Source: a virus. From it: a stretch of DNA of 64,000 nt. The position numbers were made by a program, and so were the translations under genes. Each line of letters starts with the position of its first letter. Position 1 is the stretch's first letter. Under the pieces are notes generated by a model that searched no databases, was not told the DNA's origin, and saw nothing but the letters and a program-made list of their open reading frames with translations. Below, piece after piece: positions 19,580 to 29,131 of this stretch. The stretch lies in IMG/VR virus record IMGVR_UViG_3300030060_007200; one strand, given 5' to 3'.

Positions 19580-20350
19580 TTAATTACGAGATATACTCTC
19601 ATAAATTTTGTACTTCTCTTTGAAGTCACGTTTTATTACATTTACAACTCGAGATATATCCTGTGTCTTTTCATTTGTCATTTCTCGAATTAAAACGTAT
19701 AAAGCCTTTTTATTATATTTTTCTATATTATCTCTACGTCTAAATAATTCCAATACTGCATAAGCTATTTTCTTATCTGCATCTTTATTAAATTTTTCAT
19801 CTACGCTATTATCATATTTTTCAACAAATAAATCTGTAAAATCTTTTAGCGATTCTTTTCTTGCAGCTTGGTGTTCTTCATTTGTAACATCTCTTTGCCT
19901 GTCGACTGCTAGTAAATTGTCTTTTGATTTTAGTAATTTATATGCTTTGTTATTTGTTTGTATACAATAGTTTTTTGCTACAATACTAAAATATGAAAAT
20001 GCTCTACCTTTATCCTCTGTGTATTTTGGAAGTTTTTGTAATAAAAATCCTATTACCTCATATTGCTTATCCTCTGTTGTACCATTCATATAAGGAAACT
20101 TAAATCTGTTAATTATATTTTGTGATAATTTCCATATAGGATAATGTATGTGTTCAGAATAAACCTTGTTTCGTTTATGCTGGCTTTTTTCAGCATTGTA
20201 AGCTACAATAGCTTTTTCTGTAACAGGTGTAAAATACATTTTGTTTTTTCTTTTTCTACCTCTCTTACTCTTGCTGTTCATGTACTCAAGAAAATCCTGC
20301 TCATATTTTTCAGCGTTTTCGTAAAATATATCTACAGGACTCTTACTCAT
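19580..20350 (-). CDS. Putative late-transcription sigma factor (T4 gp55-like)
   Basis: KYTEDKGRAFSYFSIVAKNY resembles sigma region 2 of gp55-type proteins; GGAG RBS before the ATG at 20350. Confidence 0.62.
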   Translation of the reverse strand: MSKSPVDIFYENAEKYEQDFLEYMNSKSKRGRKRKNKMYFTPVTEKAIVAYNAEKSQHKRNKVYSEHIHYPIWKLSQNIINRFKFPYMNGTTEDKQYEVIGFLLQKLPKYTEDKGRAFSYFSIVAKNYCIQTNNKAYKLLKSKDNLLAVDRQRDVTNEEHQAARKESLKDFTDLFVEKYDNSVDEKFNKDADKKIAYAVLELFRRRDNIEKYNKKALYVLIREMTNEKTQDISRVVNVIKRDFKEKYKIYESISRN

Positions 20351-20621
20351 CTTTTTTCTCCAAATCATTTTTAAGGTCTTCAATAATTCCTTTTAGTTGA
20401 CTGAATACTTGTCCTATCTCATCGTCAGATTCAAATCCGCCTTTTTGGTCTGCTGACTTCATTTGCGTATACGCATCATCAAATCTTTTATATAAATTTA
20501 TTATTATATCTTCTTGCTCTAATACAATGTCCTCTAACTTATCATGCTTTCTTAGCATGTTAACAATAATATAAGTAGATATTAAAATAACAGGTAGTGT
20601 TGTATATAATATCCATTCCAT
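20343..20621 (-). CDS. Membrane-anchored coiled-coil protein
   Basis: N-terminal TM segment, then GGFESDDEIG. Confidence 0.65.
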   Translation of the reverse strand: MEWILYTTLPVILISTYIIVNMLRKHDKLEDIVLEQEDIIINLYKRFDDAYTQMKSADQKGGFESDDEIGQVFSQLKGIIEDLKNDLEKKDE

Positions 20622-21376
20622 TATTTAGCCTCTCCAAATAATCCTGAAAATATATCATCAACTGATTTATTTGCTGTTGCTGTATCTAAAGATTTTTTCT
20701 TGTATGTTTTCTTTGCAGCCTTTTTAACTTCGCCTTCTACCTTGTTAATCTCACCTTCTATTTTAGAAGCCATTAAATCTGCTTGATGTAATACCAAAGG
20801 CATATTTGTTTTGAAATTTCTATCTGAATTATAGTGTTTGAAGTATTGTGTGTTTGCGTCATCATATAAACCGTCGTGAACCATAATAGTTATCATTTCG
20901 TTTTCAGAAAACTCAATACCAAATTTTTGTAGCAACCATAAACTTCTATGTTGTACTGGCATCCAGTTTAGTTCTGAATTTAGATTCCAAAGTGAGCCTT
21001 GATTTTTTCTATGCCATTCGCTTGGGTTAGGTACATATAAGTCTTTTTCTAAATCACCGTACTTACCTAAGTCGTGATTAAGTGCACAAAACATTAATTC
21101 TTCTAATGTATAACCTTCCATACTTGAGCCCATGTGTTTCCAAAGGTCATATGTATGCTTTGCTGCTTTACAAACTCTAATTACATGTTCTACATATCCA
21201 CCTACAAATGCGTTGTGGTAGTTTATGTTACCTGATGCAGGTGTAAACATCATTCTTTCTTGGAATGACTTATACATAGTTACAAGTTTTTCTTTTCTTT
21301 CACCATCAAAATTTTCCTCGATAATATCCATCAAGGAATTCCAGTTTTGTAGTAATTGTTCTTCTGTTAAATTCAT
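20621..21376 (-). CDS. HD-domain phosphohydrolase
   Basis: YH..GGYVEH, LNHDLGK, HDGLY and LHQAD. Confidence 0.88.
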   Translation of the reverse strand: MNLTEEQLLQNWNSLMDIIEENFDGERKEKLVTMYKSFQERMMFTPASGNINYHNAFVGGYVEHVIRVCKAAKHTYDLWKHMGSSMEGYTLEELMFCALNHDLGKYGDLEKDLYVPNPSEWHRKNQGSLWNLNSELNWMPVQHRSLWLLQKFGIEFSENEMITIMVHDGLYDDANTQYFKHYNSDRNFKTNMPLVLHQADLMASKIEGEINKVEGEVKKAAKKTYKKKSLDTATANKSVDDIFSGLFGEAK

Positions 21377-21897
21377 GAATTCTCCTCCATTTTGTTTTTA
21401 ACTCTACTCCAATAATTAACTGTTTGTGGTTTTGCCAATCCTCTTGGTCCACCATTCCAGCATCGAGCTATGTGCTCCGGAGTGTTGAGGTTATAGTGAT
21501 TACAATATATTTTTAACATCTCTATGGATTTTGTACGACTCCATCTATCGTTGTATGTATATATTTTATTTTTTAATATTCTGTTAACATCGTCTACCAT
21601 AGTCTTTCTTATTTGTAAACAACCAACAGCGTCTTCGCTTGCATTATATGCGGAATCGTTACCAGAGCTTTCAACAAAAATAAGAGCAGATATCATATTT
21701 GTTTCCATATCTACAAAATCATATATTTCCAATCTATTATTTAGAGTGTCTATTTCTTTATATAAACTATCTATAATATTTTCATACGATTCTAACTCTT
21801 TATGCATTTGCTTAATCTGGTTTTCTGAATCAAGCTGCATCATAAGTAACAATGCCATTGCCGAAACAATGAACAATACATATAATATATTTTTCAT
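21373..21897 (-). CDS. Membrane-anchored lysozyme-fold muramidase (i-type/SLT-like)
   Basis: N-terminal TM and coiled coil, then ALIFVESSG, AVGCLQI and ARCWNGGPRG. Confidence 0.82.
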   Translation of the reverse strand: MKNILYVLFIVSAMALLLMMQLDSENQIKQMHKELESYENIIDSLYKEIDTLNNRLEIYDFVDMETNMISALIFVESSGNDSAYNASEDAVGCLQIRKTMVDDVNRILKNKIYTYNDRWSRTKSIEMLKIYCNHYNLNTPEHIARCWNGGPRGLAKPQTVNYWSRVKNKMEENS

Positions 21898-21898
21898 A

Positions 21899-22117
21899 TT
21901 AGTCAAATAAAATTTTTAATTGTGCAGGGTCTCCGGTTTTTGTGTCTTTACCGAAATGCTCTTCGACTTGGTTGTTAGAATATCCTAACGCTTGAGCCAT
22001 ACGCTTGCAGGTTCTCTTAAATTCTTCAATAGTTAAATTGTTATTTACTTTGAATTCTATAATCTGTGGTTCTTTAGATATCAATGTGCGATGATATGTT
22101 AATTTATCTAATGCCAT
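21899..22117 (-). CDS. Hypothetical protein
   Basis: ORF with GGAG RBS and a promoter upstream. Confidence 0.6.
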   Translation of the reverse strand: MALDKLTYHRTLISKEPQIIEFKVNNNLTIEEFKRTCKRMAQALGYSNNQVEEHFGKDTKTGDPAQLKILFD

Positions 22118-22140
22118 TCATTTACTCCAATAGTTTTTAT

Positions 22141-22178
22141 TATATACTAATATAACAAATTTTTATGAATTATGAAAA
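22141..22178 (-). promoter_or_regulatory. Early/middle-type promoter
   Basis: TTTTCATAATTCATAAAAATTTGTTATATTAGTATA. Confidence 0.6.
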
Positions 22179-22181
22179 CAA

Positions 22182-22685
22182 TTAGCTGAATAATTTTGTA
22201 ACTAGTGATTCTGTAAATTTACCGTTTATTATTTTTGTGTAGTTTTTAATTTTTCTTGTAACTTCCTTCTTGTCTTTTTTCCAACGAAGGCCTTTTAGTT
22301 CTTTTTTAAGGTTTGCTATTTGCAAAGCCGCTTTATCTTTATATTCTTGTTTTTCTTTCTTAGAAAGTCTTTTCTTCTTTTCAATTTTTGTTGGTTGTAG
22401 AGTACCTTTCAGCTTAGGTTGTTCTACTCCTTTATGGTATACATTACCATTCCTATCAACAAATTCTTTCATAAAGTGCCAGCCTGATGGTTTACCTGTA
22501 TTACCTCTAACATTTATTACAGGCGGCTCGGTCATTTCCATTACGCATTCGTGACATACAGTAGATGTTGTATCTTCTGAAACAGGTGAAAACTGTCCAC
22601 ATATTTTACATTCCATGTATTTATACAATCTATCTGGATTCTGATTCCATTTATGTCCTTTTCTATATTCTATTGCGTATTCCAT
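22182..22685 (-). CDS. Zinc-ribbon, Lys-rich hypothetical protein
   Basis: CKIC..CHEC and a basic C-terminus. Confidence 0.65.
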   Translation of the reverse strand: MEYAIEYRKGHKWNQNPDRLYKYMECKICGQFSPVSEDTTSTVCHECVMEMTEPPVINVRGNTGKPSGWHFMKEFVDRNGNVYHKGVEQPKLKGTLQPTKIEKKKRLSKKEKQEYKDKAALQIANLKKELKGLRWKKDKKEVTRKIKNYTKIINGKFTESLVTKLFS

Positions 22686-22689
22686 ATTC

Positions 22690-23670
22690 TTATTTTTTAC
22701 CTTTTACTTTATTTCTTATATTATTAAGTATACCGCTTACAGAGTTTATTTTATCCTCAAAGTCCTTAATTTTACGTAAACCATTGGCTACCTCACCATT
22801 AAGTGTTTCAACTTTTTCTAAGCGATTCATTCCAGACATGTCCAAACCTAAATCTTCCATCTCGTCTTTAGTTGTTATTCTACTAAATGCAAAGTTTGCT
22901 GTTACAACTAATGCTATTGCTAATGGGTCAAATACAAAAACTATTAAAAGTAAAAACCAATTAACAACCTTATCCATAGTTGCGCCTGTCATGTCTGATA
23001 AATATTTTAGAGGACCTAGCTCTCTTTGTTCTTCATTGCCTATTTCCAATTTTAATAAATCAGTATCTAATTTCATTATAGAATCTTGTACAGCTTCTAA
23101 TTTTAGATTTATATTATTTCTATCATCGATTGTTGTATTTAATTCTGACTGCAAAGCTTTTCTAGCAGATGATGAAGTGGTTGTTATTAACTGGCCAGAT
23201 TCTCTATCAACATATTGTACCTGTGCTGGATTTGATAGTGAAACCCTTAATTCTTTTATAGTATTATTTAATTGAGTTTTTTCTATTATTAGGTCGTTTT
23301 TATTATCCTCAAATCTATCCTGCTTTACTTGTAATACTGCCAATGACTTGTCTAAAAACTCAGACTTTGTTGCAGTCTCTTGATATGCTCCTGATAAAAA
23401 TCCGTATATACCACCTGATGTAATTACCATTAAAACAAATACTGCAATTGATAAATATATTTTTAGAGCCTTGCTTATTTCTTTCCAGTATTGGTAAAGC
23501 AGGGATGCGGTGACTAACTTTGCAAACTCTAAACTACCAGCCATTATTATTACCTGGGTACTTGCGCCTGCAAACAGTTTGCTCAAACCAAATACAGAAT
23601 AAAATGCTGCTGACGCTGAAACTGACAATGCACTAAACGCTATTAAATAAGGAAGGATTTTTGTTTTCAT
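22690..23670 (-). CDS. Multi-pass membrane protein with long coiled coil
   Basis: Three N-terminal TM segments, coiled coil, ELGPLKY and a TM segment containing FDPLAI. Confidence 0.75.
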   Translation of the reverse strand: MKTKILPYLIAFSALSVSASAAFYSVFGLSKLFAGASTQVIIMAGSLEFAKLVTASLLYQYWKEISKALKIYLSIAVFVLMVITSGGIYGFLSGAYQETATKSEFLDKSLAVLQVKQDRFEDNKNDLIIEKTQLNNTIKELRVSLSNPAQVQYVDRESGQLITTTSSSARKALQSELNTTIDDRNNINLKLEAVQDSIMKLDTDLLKLEIGNEEQRELGPLKYLSDMTGATMDKVVNWFLLLIVFVFDPLAIALVVTANFAFSRITTKDEMEDLGLDMSGMNRLEKVETLNGEVANGLRKIKDFEDKINSVSGILNNIRNKVKGKK

Positions 23671-24536
23671 GATTTGCTTGGTGGTTGGTTAGAACTATAT
23701 ACCAATGTATATATTACCTTGCCATCTAAATCTTCTTTGATTCTTATTTCAGAATCCACAATTCCTAGTTTTTCTATAATTGTTTGAAGCCTAGATATTT
23801 TTTCAGAATCATAATTGCTTATACAAATATATTCACCAATAATTGTTACAACCATATTGTTGTAGTCATATCTTTTTTCGAATAAATTATATACCTCTTC
23901 ATCTAAAACAGGTACTAAAGGTAAATCATGTATAAGTCTTTCTGAATAATATTTTTGATTTTTTATGTCTAAATTTTCAAACCACTTTTTGAATGATGTA
24001 TAATCACCTTCAAAAATATTTTTGTCATTGTCTTTCATTAACGACCACATCTCTACAGTTGTTAATGCCTCGGGTATATATTTTTTATCTTTACCCATTT
24101 TCCAAGTACCATCTTTATTCGATTCGAAGTTTGTTCTATATTGCTTAAATAAATTTATTAAATTATCTATAGAATTCAACCCCTGTCTATTTGTATCTTT
24201 TATTTTAGGTGGCACATAATCTGAGTATGTATTGTCTAACGTTATTTCCTTAATAAGTTTTGTTAAACCTTTTTTACCAGAATCTAATAAATTTTTTAGT
24301 TCCTGGCATTTTTCGTATTCTTCTGTTTCAATAAAATAATCTATGATGTCATTTAGAATATCAGTAAGTTCTTTTACATCTAGACTAAATGGGTCGTATA
24401 ATATATAATGCGTTTCATTACCTGCTACGGCGAAGTTATCGATTTTTGATTTACCGGTAACTAACCTATAGGTATTTAGAAATGCTACATCCAAACCTTC
24501 AGTGTTTAATTCTTGTGATTCATACGATTCCATCAT
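23667..24536 (-). CDS. Hypothetical protein with UVR-like helical motif
   Basis: YFIETEEYEKCQELKN resembles a UvrB/C motif. Confidence 0.6.
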   Translation of the reverse strand: MMESYESQELNTEGLDVAFLNTYRLVTGKSKIDNFAVAGNETHYILYDPFSLDVKELTDILNDIIDYFIETEEYEKCQELKNLLDSGKKGLTKLIKEITLDNTYSDYVPPKIKDTNRQGLNSIDNLINLFKQYRTNFESNKDGTWKMGKDKKYIPEALTTVEMWSLMKDNDKNIFEGDYTSFKKWFENLDIKNQKYYSERLIHDLPLVPVLDEEVYNLFEKRYDYNNMVVTIIGEYICISNYDSEKISRLQTIIEKLGIVDSEIRIKEDLDGKVIYTLVYSSNQPPSKS

Positions 24537-24558
24537 ACTCCAATTATTTATTTTGTTA

Positions 24559-24791
24559 CCTCTAACCTCCGAAGCTTATACGGTGTGCTTCTTCTACCGT
24601 TGGTTTAGGGTGCCTTATCAGGCAGCCATCGCCATTTCAACTTGTGCGCCAGTTATGCGTTGAACTTCCTTATATCCTTTTCACCGTGTCAAATCCAGTC
24701 ACCCCCATGTTTTAACCTAAATCTTCTTGTGGAGGTGGAGGGTATCGAACCCTCGTCCAACAATGCAGCTAATATAAGTAATAGCGTTCAA
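24559..24791 (-). ncRNA. ssrA: Circularly permuted (two-piece) tmRNA; tag GAQVEMAMAA
   Basis: T-arm GAGGG-TTCGATA-CCCTC and 3' acceptor strand CACCTCCA (24754-24730) precede the 5' strand GGGGGTG-ACTGGATTTGAC (from 24706). Acceptor stem has G3:U70. ATAACT precedes the tag ORF at 24650-24621, followed by TGA TAA. Three inter-piece helices can be drawn. Confidence 0.93.
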
Positions 24792-24800
24792 ATATAAATA

Positions 24801-25028
24801 TCACTTCTCTACCTGTTTTTTAGGTTTTCTTCTATAAGTTCTGCGATTATTTTTAGGTGCAGATTTCCTAGAATTTTTTCCAAGTGATTTGATTTCGTTT
24901 TTTAGTAATTCATTTACTAGAATTTTATCTTCTAATAATTGTTTAACTGTAACGAATCTTTTGTTTAGATATAGTACTGTTCCTAATATACCTAAACCAA
25001 ATGCTAGTATTACTGATAATGTTATCAT
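24801..25028 (-). CDS. Small membrane protein with basic tail
   Basis: N-terminal TM segment and K/R-rich C-terminus. Confidence 0.6.
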   Translation of the reverse strand: MITLSVILAFGLGILGTVLYLNKRFVTVKQLLEDKILVNELLKNEIKSLGKNSRKSAPKNNRRTYRRKPKKQVEK

Positions 25029-25300
25029 TTCTTATACCCTTTCCATGTTCCTGTTCCCTCTTCAAGCATGCCAAGTCTTTGTCCTACTTTATACATTTTC
25101 TGCATATCATACATAGTCTCTATAACTCTATTTGTTTCAGAGAATGTTAATTCAATTCTCTTACCATCTATAAAGAATGTACCGATTAAAGGTTGATTAG
25201 CATCTCCTTGCGGACGTAATGCTTTAGCTCCTTTCATTAACTCACAGTCAATTGTTGACCAAACTTTCCCATACTTTTGGGGATTAAATTTCTTTGCCAT
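25025..25300 (-). CDS. Hypothetical protein
   Basis: Intact ORF in operon context. Confidence 0.65.
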   Translation of the reverse strand: MAKKFNPQKYGKVWSTIDCELMKGAKALRPQGDANQPLIGTFFIDGKRIELTFSETNRVIETMYDMQKMYKVGQRLGMLEEGTGTWKGYKK

Positions 25301-25365
25301 GTTTTATTTTTTTTAGCAAATTATGTCTACTCTTTTACATTTAGGATTTTCGACTTTCTCCTTAG

Positions 25366-25470
25366 AATTATCTAATATATTATTTTAATTTATTAGTTAA
25401 TTATTATATTAGTATACTAATTATTAGTATTATTAGTAATTACTATTATTAGTTTTTTACTACTAATATA
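25366..25470 (-). repeat. Extremely AT-rich tract of degenerate ACTAATAAT repeats
   Basis: Almost entirely A/T non-coding sequence directly downstream of the promoter at about 25461-25500. Confidence 0.7.
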
Positions 25471-25500
25471 TTAAAAATTTCCGACAAATAAAAATATTTT
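25461..25500 (-). promoter_or_regulatory. Early-type promoter
   Basis: AAATATTTTTATTTGTCGGAAATTTTTAATATATTAGTAGTA. Confidence 0.65.
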
Positions 25501-25511
25501 CAGAACTTTTT

Positions 25512-25748
25512 TTATTTTAATGGATATAAACCTTCTAGTAATTGTATCATATATACATTTATCAGGTTTTGTTTATATTCCAATGATTCGTTTTTAGACA
25601 TTATCTTTTCTATATAATGACATACAGGACTATCAGTCGGCTGTATTATAGCGTCGGCTCTATATAAATCAGTGACGCCTTCTGCACCATTATACTTAAA
25701 TGCAGATATAATTCTATCTTTGTCCAAATATCTTTTATTGAACCCCAT
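25512..25748 (-). CDS. Hypothetical protein (MGFNKRY N-terminus)
   Basis: Intact ORF overlapping the upstream stop. Confidence 0.6.
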   Translation of the reverse strand: MGFNKRYLDKDRIISAFKYNGAEGVTDLYRADAIIQPTDSPVCHYIEKIMSKNESLEYKQNLINVYMIQLLEGLYPLK

Positions 25749-26484
25749 GCTTTTCCTCTTTCAATCTTTTGTTAAATAATCTATTTGATTCGTAATTATA
25801 TGTATACAAATGAATCACAGATGCCTGGCTCTTACTAGCAGTGCCTGTAAGTACACCTCCATTGAATATTGAAGACATAATTTTATTTCCTTTTGGTATG
25901 TGTCCTCCCTCGCCATCAGCTGTCCAAGTTATATCTTTATAATGAGCAACAATTTTTCCTTTGCATCTTACAAGTATTTCATTAGCCATAGTTTTATATG
26001 GCTTGTTTTTATATCCTCTACAATAGTCTATCCAGTCTTTATCGCCGTATGGGTCTAGCTTTGTAGATTTTCTAACATTTAATACAACTATTTTTCTATC
26101 TGTATTTCTTAATTCTTTTTTCAGTCCCCATAGGTCAATGTTTATACCTGTGTTTAGCTCGTCTTCAAGCCTATCAAATTTCTTAAAATAATGCTTACCT
26201 CCATGACCGCGTTTTATATTTAACAGTCCTTCAGGTATACAAATCTGAGGATACTTCCAACAAGTTTCTATCAACATTGTTTCGGCATTTGTAGCGTCCT
26301 CTTCTGTCTTAAATCTTCCAAGAAGTCTAAACGAATATTCGTTGTTTCTTAACCAATCGACTTTTTTACCTGTATCGTTTTCTTGTATATGTTGAGTAAC
26401 TCTATCTGTCTGGCCTTTACCTACGTAAGCATGTAAACCTTTTTTAGAGAAATAACCATATACATAATATTTATATGCTTCCAT
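25735..26484 (-). CDS. GIY-YIG-like nuclease (LEM-3/Ankle-like)
   Basis: YYVYGY..AYVGKGQTDRVTQH..AETMLI..LLN. Confidence 0.72.
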   Translation of the reverse strand: MEAYKYYVYGYFSKKGLHAYVGKGQTDRVTQHIQENDTGKKVDWLRNNEYSFRLLGRFKTEEDATNAETMLIETCWKYPQICIPEGLLNIKRGHGGKHYFKKFDRLEDELNTGINIDLWGLKKELRNTDRKIVVLNVRKSTKLDPYGDKDWIDYCRGYKNKPYKTMANEILVRCKGKIVAHYKDITWTADGEGGHIPKGNKIMSSIFNGGVLTGTASKSQASVIHLYTYNYESNRLFNKRLKEEKHGVQ

Positions 26485-26800
26485 TTAGAAAATCTTTTTG
26501 GTCTTTAAGAGCCTGCTTAAGTTCATCTGACTTAATTTTTTTAGACTTTTTCTTACCTCCTTCACTAGCTTTCATTACAGCTAAAGCAGTTTTATCTCTT
26601 CGTATAATCCTTTCGTGTGTCATACAAGGATATATTGTAAAACCTACTCTTGATTTAGAGTTTTCATCTACTTGTATTTTATAGTCAGGAGTACCGTTAT
26701 CCTTAAATGTTAATTCTTTAATTTTACCAGTAAGTATTTCGCCGGTTAGAAATTTGAATGTGACTATGTCACCAACGTTGTATAAATGTTTTTTTGCCAT
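26471..26800 (-). CDS. Hypothetical SH3-like protein
   Basis: YNVGDIVTF..TGKIKE..Y pattern. Confidence 0.55.
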   Translation of the reverse strand: MAKKHLYNVGDIVTFKFLTGEILTGKIKELTFKDNGTPDYKIQVDENSKSRVGFTIYPCMTHERIIRRDKTALAVMKASEGGKKKSKKIKSDELKQALKDQKDFLNGSI

Positions 26801-26801
26801 A

Positions 26802-27263
26802 TTATTTATTTAAGTTATTTAATAAGTTTTCTACAGGTGTTAACAATTCTATTGTGTTAACTGTTGTTGGCCAGTCAAATCCGTTTTGGCCAAAATGAAT
26901 CCAAGTACCTTTGAAGTCAGATTGACCTCTGGTATTTGTATCGTCGATTAGTATGTCTCCAATCAACAAATCTTTTCTATGTGTTAAGAACATTTTTCTA
27001 GACAGTTCAGGTAGATGTTTTGCAATCCAGTTTCTTTTCTGTCCCCAAGAATCCGGGTGGTTCCAGGGTGGAGTTGTAGCAATGAATACCTCATGACCCA
27101 TATCCAATATTTTTTTAACTGCATCTATTGCACCAGGCATTGGCTCGAACTTTGAAAAGTCCAGTACCTCATCAGGATTTTTTACGTGTGGTATTTCGTT
27201 AGCTGCCTTTTGAAAGTTGGCAAGTACACCATCCATATCTATATAAATTCTTAATTTTTCCAT
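26802..27263 (-). CDS. 5'(3')-deoxyribonucleotidase (HAD, NT5C-like)
   Basis: YIDMDGVLANF, PMPGA, K and ILIDD motifs. Confidence 0.9.
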   Translation of the reverse strand: MEKLRIYIDMDGVLANFQKAANEIPHVKNPDEVLDFSKFEPMPGAIDAVKKILDMGHEVFIATTPPWNHPDSWGQKRNWIAKHLPELSRKMFLTHRKDLLIGDILIDDTNTRGQSDFKGTWIHFGQNGFDWPTTVNTIELLTPVENLLNNLNK

Positions 27264-27266
27264 ATA

Positions 27267-27506
27267 TTAAATTGATTCGTTATACCATTCATTGTCTAAT
27301 TCTTTAGAGCAAGGAACGCTGTCATTAGAAAGTGCTGATACAAAACAAAATACAGCAATTAGTAAATTGCAAATACAAAATGCCATTTCGTTAAGTGGGT
27401 CAGCAAAGTTAATGTAATTTAGAATATCGCCAGTACCAGTAATGTATGCGATGTATAGGGCGGCCAAACCTAGTGTAGCGTAGCCAAATTTTTTAATCTT
27501 ATTCAT
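27267..27506 (-). CDS. Small two-TM membrane protein
   Basis: Two hydrophobic segments; has its own promoter. Confidence 0.65.
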   Translation of the reverse strand: MNKIKKFGYATLGLAALYIAYITGTGDILNYINFADPLNEMAFCICNLLIAVFCFVSALSNDSVPCSKELDNEWYNESI

Positions 27507-27522
27507 GTTTCAATTGTTATTA

Positions 27523-27570
27523 TTTATACTATAAATATACGCAAAATTTCCGAGATATAAAAGGATTTTG
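27523..27570 (-). promoter_or_regulatory. Early-type promoter with upstream TTATTAACA boxes
   Basis: AAAATCCTTTTATATCTCGGAAATTTTGCGTATATTTATAGTATA; boxes at 27588 and 27600. Confidence 0.75.
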
Positions 27571-27602
27571 CTGCCTTTTTTTTAATTTTATTAACAAAGT
27601 TA

Positions 27603-28913
27603 TTAACAATCTCTTTGTGCATTGTAGACGTGTTTTAGTACAGGGAATCGCAATGAGTATTCTCCTTGTTTGTTTTGTGACTCTTCAAAGTATTGAACTG
27701 TAACAATTTTTCCAAGAATTTTGGTATGGTCTTTGTAGTATTCTTTTCTTTGTTCTAGTGTAAAACCAGAACCTACACCAACCTTATTACCTTTGTGCTC
27801 TATTACGATATTACTTAAACAAGGTATTGTTTTTTCTACACCGTCCTCTATAATCCTTATATCTCCATTGACAGCACCGATAACTTTGTATTCAGCATCA
27901 TGCATTTGTTTTACCTTGAGAATATCCTTAGAACGTTTACCTTTATATCCTGAGTTTTTACGAATCATAATACCTTCATGACCGGCAGCTATAGCCTCGT
28001 CGTTTATGTGGTTGAAGTATTTTACATTAGGTATAAAATCCTGGTCAAGTACATCGATAATATTATCGTTACAGTTAGATATATGTAGTTGGTGTATGGA
28101 ATTTTCATATCGAACATATAGTGGCGTATCGCCTTCTTGTTTCGCAAATTCCTGAAGTGTAAGCATATCGAATACAAACATCTTAGGGTTATCAATGGTG
28201 TGGTTTTTACGTCTTATTTGTTTCATAATATCTTGGAAGTTTTCGTTTCCATTATCATCTACAATACATACCTCACCGTCAAGAACAAAGTCGCCTTCGA
28301 TTTTATTAACCTCGTCAATTAAATTACCTAGTGTTTCAAACTCCTTGCCTTGTCTAGAATAAGCCTTTGTGATACCGTTTTCTTTAAGTATAATACATCT
28401 TACGCCATCTAGTTTCCTAGAACCAAACCATTCCTCGTTTTCAAAATCCGGCATGTCCTTAATAGCTTCAGCCAATGCAACCTTGAACTGTGGTATAAGT
28501 CCAGGTATTGACTTGTTAATTAAACTAGCGCCAGCACGTGTTTTTAAGTCCTTGTCAATTATATTGTATATGATATCCTCATATTCTTTATTTGCCAATA
28601 CAAAACCATTAACCGCAGATATTGCAGCATGGCCAGTAAGTACCTTGTTGTCCAAGTCGTCAAGTAAATCGAATAGTAAATAAAGGTCGTCGCTATCGCA
28701 TAGGTCATGACGCTTTTTACAATTGTCTGATGTTACACCAAACTGTATATAAGGACTATATACATATTGTAGTACTTGGCAAAGCCATTTGTTTTGAGAA
28801 TATGATTTGATTATTTCTTTCTTTTCGTTGGAGCTTGATGTAGCTTGTAATTCCTGTGAAAAGTTTTTGACCGCCTGAAGGGTCCTTTGTGTTTCTAGTT
28901 TGTTCCAGTTCAT
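27603..28913 (-). CDS. ATP-dependent DNA ligase
   Basis: KLDGVR (motif I), LDGEV, FVFD, EGIMIR, LKVK, VGSG and SLRFP. Confidence 0.95.
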   Translation of the reverse strand: MNWNKLETQRTLQAVKNFSQELQATSSSNEKKEIIKSYSQNKWLCQVLQYVYSPYIQFGVTSDNCKKRHDLCDSDDLYLLFDLLDDLDNKVLTGHAAISAVNGFVLANKEYEDIIYNIIDKDLKTRAGASLINKSIPGLIPQFKVALAEAIKDMPDFENEEWFGSRKLDGVRCIILKENGITKAYSRQGKEFETLGNLIDEVNKIEGDFVLDGEVCIVDDNGNENFQDIMKQIRRKNHTIDNPKMFVFDMLTLQEFAKQEGDTPLYVRYENSIHQLHISNCNDNIIDVLDQDFIPNVKYFNHINDEAIAAGHEGIMIRKNSGYKGKRSKDILKVKQMHDAEYKVIGAVNGDIRIIEDGVEKTIPCLSNIVIEHKGNKVGVGSGFTLEQRKEYYKDHTKILGKIVTVQYFEESQNKQGEYSLRFPVLKHVYNAQRDC

Positions 28914-28927
28914 TTGTTAATTATTAT

Positions 28928-28972
28928 TTATATATAAATATAATAAAAATATACGACATATGAAAGGATTAT
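28928..28972 (-). promoter_or_regulatory. Early-type promoter (ligase)
   Basis: AATCCTTTCATATGTCGTATATTTTTATTATATTTATA; box at 28992. Confidence 0.7.
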
Positions 28973-29131
28973 AGCAACTATTTTAGAAAAGTTATTAACA
29001 ATTATATTCCTAGAAGAAATACAATTACCATAATTGCTATATACATAAACGGTGTTATATCTATTTTGTTTTCCATATCTATAAATATTTTACTACAATC
29101 CCAAGTATGTTAACAAATTATTAACAAATTG

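Noticed and set aside
24730-24757. Possible tRNA gene or attachment-site remnant
   Set aside because: No anticodon arm is present; the T-arm and acceptor strand are explained by the permuted tmRNA.
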